Assembly: GCF_001194135.2 (NCBI RefSeq)
Contig: NC_068981.1
Location: 68,129,239 to 68,193,238, forward strand
Length of the DNA: 64,000 bases
Direction of reading: 5' to 3'
Source of the DNA: Octopus bimaculoides
Lineage: Eukaryota
The notes below the pieces were generated by a model. It searched no databases. It was not told the DNA's origin and worked only from the letters and a program-made list of their open reading frames with translations. The translations under genes and the position numbers were made by a program. Below are positions 40,084 through 51,110 of the stretch, one piece after another. The number at the start of each line of letters is the position of its first letter. Positions within the stretch are counted from its first letter, which is position 1.

Positions 40084-40828
40084 CATGGGTTGGACAAAAT
40101 AATGGAGACACCTAGCATCGTTGCATCGTAATTTTTGAATATCTATAAAACCTTCAAAAGCTTGTTTATTTTTATGTTTTGGGATTTATTATTAGTGCTG
40201 CTTAATGTTTTGCTAAAATTGCTGTTTCTTTTCAGATATAATCAGAAAAAAGGTAATTCATTAAATTCATTAAAATAACAGATCTATCGGACTTTCAAAG
40301 AGCTCAAATTGCTGCTGCTTGTATGGCAGGCGCTAGAGTAACGAAAACAGCAGCCGAAATATTTGGTGAATCAAGAAGTGCTGTCTCGAAAGTAATGACA
40401 ACTTTGAGAAAGAGGGAAAAATCTCCTCCTCGAAACAAAATCCGGAAGAAAGCCAACACTTTAGGGACTGTCGGTCACTTACGCGAAAGGATCACAAAAG
40501 TACAGCTCCCAAAATTACTGCAGAGCTTAAGGACCATCTTGAGAACCCAGTTTTAACAAAAACAGTTCGCGGGGACCTGCATAATGCCGGATTTCATGGG
40601 AGAGTTGCAATCAGAAAACCACTAATTTCAAACACGAATGTTGCAGAGTGATTAGAATGGAGCAAAAACCTACAGAATTAGTCCCTAGATCAGTGGAATA
40701 CTGTTATTTACTGGGACGAGTCATCTTTTACCTTATTTCCGACCAACGGCCAAGTATTAAAATAAATATTAAAATAAATAAATTTGTTTGAAATTTTAAA
40801 ATGTATCCATTATTTTGTCCAATGTCTG
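40084..40828 (+). mobile_element. Tc1-family DNA transposon, internally deleted, both TIRs present
   Basis: Left TIR TA|CATGGGTTGGACAAAATAATGGA, right TIR TCCATTATTTTGTCCAATGTCTG|TA. Transposase remnant DLSDFQRAQI...MAGARVTKTAAEIFG.SRSAVSKVM...GFHGRVAIRKPLIS...QWNTVIYWDESSFTLFPTNG, truncated after the first catalytic Asp. Confidence 0.9.
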
Positions 40829-40949
<121 letters not shown>

Positions 40950-41639
40950 ATGTGTGTGTGTACACGCGTCCGTGTGTATCACGTCAGGCCAGGGATGGGG
41001 ACGATGATTTCCCTTTGCAAATACTGATCAGCCACAGTCAGTGTGTCATTAGCCAGCTGGAGATGTCCTCCTGGAACTATAAACAACAGTAACAGCGTCC
41101 CAATTGGGCCAGTCACATTTGGGTGGAAAATATACTTCATGTTGTGGTGCTGCTACTGTTTAATCTCGCTCAGCGATTTATGATTGCTTATATGTTGAAT
41201 TCTTCTATTTGAACTTATTTTTTCTCATATATATGTGTGCGTGTGTGCGTATGTGAGAAAATATAAGTTCAAATAGAACCATTCAAACTTTTTGAGGAGT
41301 ACAAAAAGAGAGAAAATGATTTACAATAAAAATCATCATATTCACCAAAATCAGTCACAGCCAGTAGTTAGAATATGAAAATAACCATTGAAAAAGTTCG
41401 TTATAGGTATGAAGTTACCATACACAAGTATAAAGAGAAAAGATTTTAAAATCAAAATTGGATTTAATACATACGAACGTTTCAAAAAACTATACAAATA
41501 TGTAAGAAAAAAAAAATTATATTTAAAGTTATGTATTGTCATTCTCATCACTGTGAAGAATTTATGGAAGAACATCAGATAAATTATTAATAAAAGTCAA
41601 TAAGGAAAAACAGATGGAGTAATAGGGAAAATTCAACCG

Positions 41640-42130
41640 GGTGGTATAAATGTATACCAGGTTATTGCATGACAGATATTCGTCGGTACAAAATAGAGGC
41701 AGGAAGATGCCTAGTTCATATACGTCAACGTTTTTAAATATCATATTATTCTCATAAAATAACTCTATACATTTTTCAATTGCAAAGTCTACATCAACGG
41801 AAGGATATAGTGATATCTCATCCATACTACCTACGATGTGGTCACTGAAGTCGCATGTGTTGCTGCATTCACGGATCCTGCTAAGAAGGTTTTCAGTATT
41901 ATGACATACAACTGTAGATAGCTCTGTTAAGGATCGTAGGAATTGTGATAGAAAACATATTTTGTGGTTTTTAGCATTGTTGGAACGATAAATGGGGCGG
42001 GTGGACGGCCCAAGTACATGATCTGTTTAGCTCTTATTATCTTCTCGAAGGCCATATAGGAGTGGGATTTCATTGTTGGTGTTTATGAAATAGTTCGCTG
42101 TACGTTTCTCTGACTGGAGAATGATACAAC
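41640..42130 (-). mobile_element. Second Penelope-type RT fragment, different lineage (Neptune-like by recalled motifs)
   Basis: IPLLYGLREDNK...GPSTRPI...FLSQFLR...CHNTENLLSRI...IVGSMDEISLYPSVDVDFAIEKC...VDVYELGIFL. The GSMDVxxLYPS motif is typical of PLE RTs. Confidence 0.7.
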
Positions 42131-42812
42131 ACATCCCCATGTGAGCATTAAGAACACTTTCGTTTTCATATATATATAAGTACCTCATTTGCAGTATATA
42201 TCTAAGTATCTCATTTGCAGTATCTCAAATCACATTACAATATATCAAATATACGATGAGTATTAGCTGTATTGGATATCCATATGAAGTTCACTGCATG
42301 ACATCTAGAAAGAAGTTTAAAAAAAGTAGTTGCGAGCTTATGAGTATATGCTTTTGCATGTGTTTGCATAAGTACGAAATTGCACCACTACAATATCGAA
42401 ATACTTAATGTTAAAGCATATCAGACAATTTACCGCAGAATGCTTTTCGGGAAGATACATTGTTTCACCATCGTCACAACGAGGTCATACTTAACATTGA
42501 AAGATAAAACGTTGTTCCACTATTTCTGAAATTTAAAATAATCCAATAAACTACCCAGTTTTTGTTCGAATAACCTCCCTAGCTTCTTTGTGATTAGAGC
42601 TAAGTGCAAATTTTGGTGAGGAAAGTACGATACAGTATTAATTTCTTTATGTAAATATATTACACGACAGTTAATTCCACGACGTGGTTTTGGAATGTCC
42701 CTTTATAAAATAAACAAATTTACATCATATAAATAATTTAGATAATTATGTGTGACTACATACATAGACCAATCAGTCCATCCATCAATCCATCTGTACA
42801 CACACACCACTA

Positions 42813-42865
<53 letters not shown>

Positions 42866-43737
42866 NNNNNNNNNNNNNNNNNNNNNNNNNNNNNNNNNNN
42901 NNNNNNNNNNNNNNNNNNNNNNNNNNNNNNNNNNNNNNNNNNNNNNNNNNNNNNNNNNNNNNNNNNNNNNNNNNNNNNNNNNNNNNNNNNNNNNNNNNNN
43001 NNNNNNNNNNNNNNNNNNNNNNNNNNNNNNNNNNNNNNNNNNNNNNNNNNNNNNNNNNNNNNNNNNNNNNNNNNNNNNNNNNNNNNNNNNNNNNNNNNNN
43101 NNNNNNNNNNNNNNNNNNNNNNNNNNNNNNNNNNNNNNNNNNNNNNNNNNNNNNNNNNNNNNNNNNNNNNNNNNNNNNNNNNNNNNNNNNNNNNNNNNNN
43201 NNNNNNNNNNNNNNNNNNNNNNNNNNNNNNNNNNNNNNNNNNNNNNNNNNNNNNNNNNNNNNNNNNNNNNNNNNNNNNNNNNNNNNNNNNNNNNNNNNNN
43301 NNNNNNNNNNNNNNNNNNNNNNNNNNNNNNNNNNNNNNNNNNNNNNNNNNNNNNNNNNNNNNNNNNNNNNNNNNNNNNATATATATATATATATATAGTG
43401 TTAGGTTATATTCTCTTAAGAACGTAGTAGAGTATAGTATAACCCATATTTTGATACACTGAGGAGTTACTATTACAATGCAAGCCAGAATAGAATGGAA
43501 AAATTCGCTCGAAGCCAAGAATATGTGTTTTCCGAGCACAGAAACAATATTTACATATCATCTGAGGTAACACAAGAATATCCCGTAACGGTGGGAAACG
43601 GTTACATAAACAAATACTTGCAAAACTGAAGAACCATGTTGCCTGGAAACAATTGTAGTGATTACAAATATATGGTCCTCTGTACTTGTTGTTGCATACA
43701 ACGTATTCCGTTAGATACATACATAATTACATACATA

Positions 43738-44035
43738 CATGGCTCAGTTGTTAGGGTGTTGCACTCACGTTTGCGAGATCGTAGGTTCGATTCCCGGACC
43801 GGGCGCTGCGTTGAGGTCGTAAGCAAAGCACTTTATTTCATATTGCCCTGCTATCATTTCGTCATGTGACATTTGCTACACCGTGCACCTCTATAAGTTG
43901 TGTCGAGTAGATAGTGGGAGTGAGCTTATGTATACACAAATTTTGATCACTAGAAACAAATCATCTGCGTGATTGTTCAGCAAGAAATTGTCAAACCCTT
44001 GTACGTCATCTAACAACAGGAGATTCCGTGCTTCA
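43738..44035 (+). mobile_element. tRNA-derived SINE (family C)
   Basis: A-box TGGCTCAGTTGTTAG, B-box GGTTCGATTCCC, then GCGTTGAGGTCGTAAGCAAAGCACTTT (CORE/V-like motif) and unique tail. Confidence 0.75.
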
Positions 44036-44198
44036 AGCACACACGCACACACACAGTCACACAGACGTGCACACACAATCACACACACACATAGTAGAAT
44101 AATAGAGAGAAAGTCCTTGGTACAAAATTATATATATTTGAAAGAATGAGTGGCATTTTTGAGGGGATAATTTTTATTTTGTTAATACTATTAAAATT

Positions 44199-44238
<40 letters not shown>

Positions 44239-45589
44239 GGAGAGAGAGATAGCTAGAGCTAAATAGATAGTTAAATATATCATGTATGTTCTTAGTGCAT
44301 GAGGCATATGTGTTCATGGATGGTGTAATGTAAGTATTGCCAACCGTTTTCCTCAAATGTAGCACATTTGCCTAAAATTATATTATAACCACTGTCACTT
44401 GAAATACATGAATCACGCCTTATAGCAGCTCAATTTCGTTCCAGCTAAGATTCAGTTTACAGTCAAGTAGCTTAGAAGAATAGGTTACATACTGGATTAC
44501 ACAGATCTGTGTATGTGTAAAATTAAGATGAATTGTACAAATATTCCCGAAACATAAATTTAATCTCAGAGTAAAAACGTATTTTGAAGATGTCAACCAA
44601 TGCTCAGAAGCTGATATTGAAGTATTCCCTGGCATGTGATTTAGTTTCTCTAGTCACACCGACGTCGGAAATATCAATTCTCATCTCTCGTTATGAAAAT
44701 TATGTAAGTTTCTGGATACTGATAAATGATAAGATACTATCTACAACTGAAGTAATGTTATCTATATTCTGATAGTCTGATGAACGACGTTCGTGAACGG
44801 AAGAAAATACTGAGCATTGCTTTGAATGGATAGCATATTATGTTAATATACAATATGCTTTAAAGTCGATATGAGTGACACTTAGGTTTACTAAAATTAC
44901 TGAATATGGATTTCATATGTTTTATGGCATAGATGTCAAAATATCGTAGCACATGACTTGACATTCAGTAAGTCTTATTAACAGATAAATCTGTTACTTG
45001 TTTACAGTTAGTTTTCTCAGCATTATTTTGTAAGGAATGAAGAATTTTGCATATGATTTCGCATATAAATCCGGTGCATCATAATAATAGCATGTGCATA
45101 ACCTCTCAGATGTAATATAGCTTCATTGTTGATAAGTACATTTATTCACAGTTGAAATAAAGGAGGCCCACGTTTCGTCCGCTGATGAAACATATATCAG
45201 GTGATTTTTCACACTTTTATACGAACAGGTTAGAGATTGCTGGCATTATATTTTAACTACCACACTCAGCATTATATGTGATCTCCTATGTGTACGTACT
45301 AAAAACCTATATTAATATTACTGTGTACATATATTATATACATATCTACATATATACATATTTTGAGTACACAAACATACACGCACACACATATACTATG
45401 TATGTATCTCTCCTCTCCTCTCTCTCTATCTCTCTCTCTCTCTCTCTGTATATATATATATATNNNNNNNNNNNNNNNNNNNNNNNNNNNNNNNNNNNNN
45501 NNNNNNNNNNNNNNNNNNNNNNNNNNNNNNNNNNNNNNNNNNNNNNNNNNNNNNNNNNNNNNNTATATATATGTATATATGTAATACAC

Positions 45590-46020
45590 CGTCACTAAAA
45601 AGTGACAAAATGTGTAGAGTCCCAGGATTGCGAGAAATAAGAGTCGGAGACTCTTTAACCACAGAAAGCACATGTTCTACTCGACTAACATGGGCAATAT
45701 CCTCCCCACTGCAAGCAAGGTGCATTAAGTTAGCAAGCTTATTTGTATAGAAATTAATACTCATCAGTAATACTTACTCAATAGCGGATGGTGAAGCTGA
45801 ACCTGTCAGTACTTATAGATTATACCATAGGAATCAGCGGCTGATTCCGCAAAATGGTGATGTGAAATTATAAAAAATACATAAGGTGGCTAGATGCAAT
45901 TTAAAACAAAAAAGAAAAAAAATTCATTGTCACTAAAAGCGACTAAGTGTGGAGGGACCACCGGCGTTGCTAGAAATAAGTGTCAGAATCTCCTAAGCCA
46001 TAGAAAGCACATGTTCTGTT
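45590..46020 (+). repeat. Two diverged direct copies of an about 90-bp unit
   Basis: GTCACTAAAA...TTGC.AGAAATAAG.GTC...A.AGAAAGCACATGTTCT at about 45591-45678 and 45928-46017. Confidence 0.65.
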
Positions 46021-47093
46021 TAACTGTCAGTTTTCCGAACGGCGACGACTAATGAGGTTGGACTACCACGTGGTGGTCTTTTGTTTCATGTGCTTCTCCC
46101 CGGTTCATGGATTTATGTGAGTTGAAACAATGGTACAACGTATTTCTAACATTATTCTCGGAATAAGAGAGAATTGGAAATATTATCTCCTGTAAAATAT
46201 ACGTACAAATATATGCTTACGTATTGACTGGTGTGTTCGTGTGTGTTTACTTAATTTTGAGGTTCTGAATATCCTATTGAAAATGCCTCTCTACGCACGT
46301 TCTGTTTGTATTTCTTGAATGCTTCTGATATAGTTTTATTTGATCTGATGTACAGAGGCCTTTGTTTCTGCGCTTTTATTGCCATTATATTATTTCAATG
46401 GAGTTATAATCATTATAATTCAGATATTGATTCTTTTTCACCGGGGTTTAAAGATTAAATATATATTTGAAAGTATTGTACACAATATTTTCCTTTTACT
46501 CTTTGAATAAACGCGCGTGTTATTACAAGAAATACAATCATAGCATAACCACTGAATACATGAACCTTATATTTTAAGGACTGGTGTGTATTAGAGAGAC
46601 TTTAGTAAAGTGTATCGACAGAGAAGGCAATTAATGAATAGCATATTACTGTGTTTTCTTACACGGTCTAAATTCTATATATATACATTGACGTAGCATT
46701 ATTTCGCATAGCTATGACTGTATAGATATGAGGATCTATATGTTTTACCTGGTCGAATTTGAAATAAAATCAGTTGAACAAATGGAAAGAAAATTGATGT
46801 AAAATTTCTTGTTAAATCTAGCGTAAGCAGCGTGAGCCATATACACATCACATTAGTCGTAATAATTGTAAGTAATAATGTAGAAGAAAGCTAAATATTT
46901 TGCTAGAAAATCTAATTCTATGTCTACAGTTGAAATAAAATCCAGTGAGTAATATGAGCAGGAGAATATCGAATATTCTCCCTGCTATAACGATATTTTC
47001 TCGTGCTGAATTCTATTATCATGATGTAATAAGAACAAGTGTAAGGGAGGAACATACATACATAGGTATATATAGGTATATATATGTATGTAT

Positions 47094-47177
<84 letters not shown>

Positions 47178-47358
47178 NNNNNNNNNNNNNNNNNNNNNNN
47201 NNNNNNNNNNNNNNNNNNNNNNNNNNNNNNNNNNNNNNNNNNNNNNNNNNNNNNNNNNNNNNNNNNNNNNNNNNNNNNNNNNNNNNNNNNNNNNNNNNNN
47301 NNNNNNNNNNNNNNNNNNNNNNNNNNNNNNNNNNNNNNNNNNNNNNNNNNNNNNNNNN

Positions 47359-47416
<58 letters not shown>

Positions 47417-49746
47417 TCGTGTTTGTTTGTACGTATATGTGCAAATGTGTGCGTCTGTGTTTGTATGTGTATATGCATACGTGAGTATGTGAATGTGCGT
47501 GTGTGTGTGTGTGTGCGTGTGTGTGAGTATGTGTGTGTGAGTTTGTATGAAAGAATTAAGTAAACATAACAAATATGGAAAACATCTGATGAAATACGCA
47601 CTTGAGCTTCAATAAAGAGCCAACATATATAAACTGTTTATAACAGTGATAAACATATTCCCTCAAACAACCCAGCTTTACCAAATGTGTTTTGCAAAAA
47701 TAGAACATACATTTGTCGATAGCTGTATGAAAATAGTCTGTACCATGTTAATAGTTTAGAAAGCTTCAACGAAATGTTCCCCAAATGATCCACATTGATA
47801 CTAACTTATACGTGCATGTTACTGAAAATACTGATAACATACAAACAGGAAACGCATTTTGCAAAGGCCAGGCCCCAAACAACATATTTAGTTCTATAGT
47901 TACAGAAAAATGTCTATTGTACATAGTGTATATATATTGAGAATAAAGATAGGAAAGTTTCATACATCTTAACATAGTCTTATGATACAACCAATTCGAA
48001 AGTTTGCCAATTTTGAATTATGAGAAGATAAATCATTCTCACAACTTTCATCTGTTATCAACGAAGGCACAATAGGGTATTTGTAGATTATAAAGGAGGC
48101 ATTAAAAAAAAAATCTACGCAACTACATACAGGACAGTAAGTGAACCTTCCTATTGTGAACATACGCTCGATATAAGCGGGTGCTTACTATCCGTGCCAC
48201 TTCGAACTCACATTGTGTAAAATATACCTAGACACGCATTATCGAACATCCTCTTCCTGTTTTCATGTAGCCGACAAGCATTTTGGAGAGATATAGTGAA
48301 TGTGGCGTGTTAAACAAAAAATAAAATCTTCTTGCGGTTTATGTGTACCAGGCCTGGTTCCGAGAACTCCAAGAAAATTCTATATGAAATGTAACAGAAT
48401 GCAGAGCATTAAAGTGTGCACCATGAACAGCTTCACGTGGTCAGAAACTGCTCTTTAAATCAACATGAAATTAAAGGAAAACTGATCATTGTTAACTGTA
48501 GCAACAAATCAAAGCTTTCCTAATCAAATGTAAAATTTCAGACATGATACAGGAAAGCTAACAAGTCAGTAGAAAGTATCTGAAAATTCAATCCATTCTA
48601 TGAAGTTCAATAAAGACAAACGGATTGGTAGAAACAAGCTTAACAGCGAGAAACGTAAACTACAAGATACAAATCTAAGAGCTGGAGTCCAACCCACTAG
48701 TCTGCACAATTCACATCAACAGAAGATATTCACATTGACGGCAAAGGAGTTATGGAGGGACGGTGAAATCTCTACGGAACTATAAGAAATAGCAGCTACA
48801 TCTCTACAAATCATAGGCTCTTAAGAAGTACAGCTTTTATGAACGAGTGGAGAGATACAGACACAGAGACGTATTTGAAGTCTAGCGTAACTTCCCTGAA
48901 GTTGATTATAATTTGATTTGTCATTTGCAGCTGTTGAACAATTGTGTATTCTGAAGAGCTTACTCAAAGTAACGAACTACAACACTTTAGCAGCTATTCC
49001 AGCTGCATTTAGCATACCCAGGCAGCATGGTGTCGATTTAAAGATTAAACTCGACTCCTTGGAAGTCGAGACCACACTGGCTAGTGAATATCGCTGTATT
49101 GAAGCTCCGCTGAATTGCTTGGTATTTGGTTCACATAGAACATCGTGATGGGTATGTACGAACAAGATTTTGACGATGTTCAACAGTAACAACATTGTGA
49201 ACGGTTTCGAAAGAATAGTCGGGAGACAATAAATCTTAAAATGCGACATTAGTGAGAACATTTCTAACGAGACTCTTGATAACATTAATAATAACTATGG
49301 CAATATGAACGACATTCACTTACTTTCCGAGTGAGAAACGAAAAGAAAACGGGAACGGTTCTGCTGCTGTTTTTGAACAGGCATTTTTTGATAGTAATAT
49401 AATCCTGACAGAGATGGAAAAATAGAATCAATAAGTTGGAAAAAATCTATGCCTAAAGAACTTCTTTCAAAATGGACAAGAAGGAATATGGAAAGCCTCT
49501 GTATAAGAGAAAGCGGAGAATCGTTCAGTTTACACTCAATGATAAAGAGAAAACGTGGAAAAGAAGCATTATTCGAAGTTCGGACCCTGGGCCTTCTCCA
49601 TCCATCAGAGTAAGGAATATTGAGGAATTCGTCCGGTATAAACAAACAAAGACATAGTCATATAACAAGACGGATCATTTTGATACAAATTTTACTATAG
49701 TCGCATGACACAATATATATGCCAGCAGAATACTCCGATCACATGA

Positions 49747-50038
49747 GGCACAATGGCCCAGTGGTTAGGGCAGTGGACTCGCGGTCGTAGGATAACGGTT
49801 TCAATTCCCATACCCAATTGTGAGTGATTATTGAGCGAATACACCTAAAGTTCCTTGAGGCTCCAGCAGGGGGTGGTGGTGAACCCTGCTGTACTCTTTC
49901 ACCACAACTTTCTCTCACTCTATCTTCCTGTTTCTGTTGTACCTGCATTTCAAAGGGCCAGCCTTGTCACACTCTGGTCGCGGTGAATCTCCCTCGAGAA
50001 CTACGTTAAGGGTACACATGTCTGTGGAGTGCTCAGCC
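49747..50038 (+). mobile_element. tRNA-derived SINE (family B)
   Basis: GGCACAATGGCCCAGTGGTTAGGGCAGTGGACTCGCGGTCG...CGGTTTCAATTCCC (A and B boxes, tRNA-like head), then non-tRNA body. Interrupted by family A copies. Confidence 0.8.
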
Positions 50039-50039
50039 C

Positions 50040-50366
50040 CAGTGCGTAACTGGTACTTATTTAATCGACCCCGAAATGATGAAAGGCTAAGTCGACATCG
50101 GTGGAATTTGAACTCAACGTAGCAGCAGACGAAATACCTATTTCTTTACTGCCCACAAGAGGCTACACACAGAGAGGACAAACAAGGACAGACAAACGGA
50201 TTAAGTCGATTATATCGACCCCAGTGCGTAACTGGTACTTAATTTATCGACCCCGAAAGGATGAAAGGTAAAGTCGACCTCGGCGGAATTTGAACTCAGA
50301 ACGCAGTGGCAGACGAAATACCGCTGAGCATTTCACCCGGCTTGCTAACACTTCTGTCAGCTCGCC
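50040..50366 (-). mobile_element. Two nested SINE family A copies
   Basis: Duplicated CCAGTGCGTAACTGGTACTT...GACCCCGAAA.GATGAAAGG..AAGTCGAC. Junction GAAATACC|TATTTCTTTACTGCCCACAAG at about 50138. Confidence 0.9.
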
Positions 50367-50425
<59 letters not shown>

Positions 50426-50831
50426 CAGAGAGAGTGTGCGTGTGCGTGTGTGTGTGCGTGCGTGTGTGTGTGAGTGTTTCTGTAGGAAAGATTTATATCG
50501 TATTAATTTTCTGAGAGGCTGCATCTAACAAAATTAATTAAATAGACGGGACGCCTTCTATGCTTTTTAATTAGCTTCTTAATTAAAAGTTAAAATAATC
50601 ACCACGAGATAGCAGTGATTATTCTAGCATTCATAGCAGTATCGTGTGTATATAAAGTGTCATCATGGAAGGTTTGCAACTTTCGAAATTTTCGATCAAG
50701 TTTTAGTATGTACTTTGAAAATGGTAAAGACGATCATAGTTTCGACAGATTTATTACTTACCATACTTCAGTATATTTGGTTTTGTATTTGTCATCGAAT
50801 GTCTTAAATTTTGAAAGTAAATACGTAAATA

Positions 50832-50956
50832 AGTAAGTAAGTAAGTAAGTAATTTAAAGTTATATTACAGATCGGAGAACAATTTTCTTGATTTAATATT
50901 TAAATAAAGAAAATTATTCTCCGATCTGCAATATAACTTTTACTTACTTACTTACT

Positions 50957-50960
<4 letters not shown>
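50832..50960. repeat. Near-perfect 129-bp palindrome with (TAAG)n/(CTTA)n outer arms
   Basis: Outer 20/20 bp (50832-50851 vs 50941-50960), core 32/34 bp (50856-50889 vs 50907-50940), inner 6 bp and 3-nt loop. Confidence 0.9.
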
Positions 50961-50996
<36 letters not shown>

Positions 50997-51028
50997 GCTG
51001 CTGCCGCTGCTGCCGCTGCTACTGCAGA

Positions 51029-51091
<63 letters not shown>

Positions 51092-51110
51092 CATAATAAT
51101 AATAATAATA

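Noticed and set aside
44777-44798. Hammerhead-like CTGATGA-ACGA-cgt-TCGT-GAAC
   Set aside because: GAAC replaces the conserved GAAA, and I could not build stems I/III with a UH cleavage site.
45165-45200. GGACGAAAC (minus) next to CTGATGA (plus), hammerhead-like words
   Set aside because: The two core motifs are on opposite strands, so no valid topology exists.
49747-49815. tRNA-like sequence (also 43738-43800)
   Set aside because: No complete cloverleaf or acceptor stem, and it continues into a SINE body. These are SINE heads, not tRNA genes.
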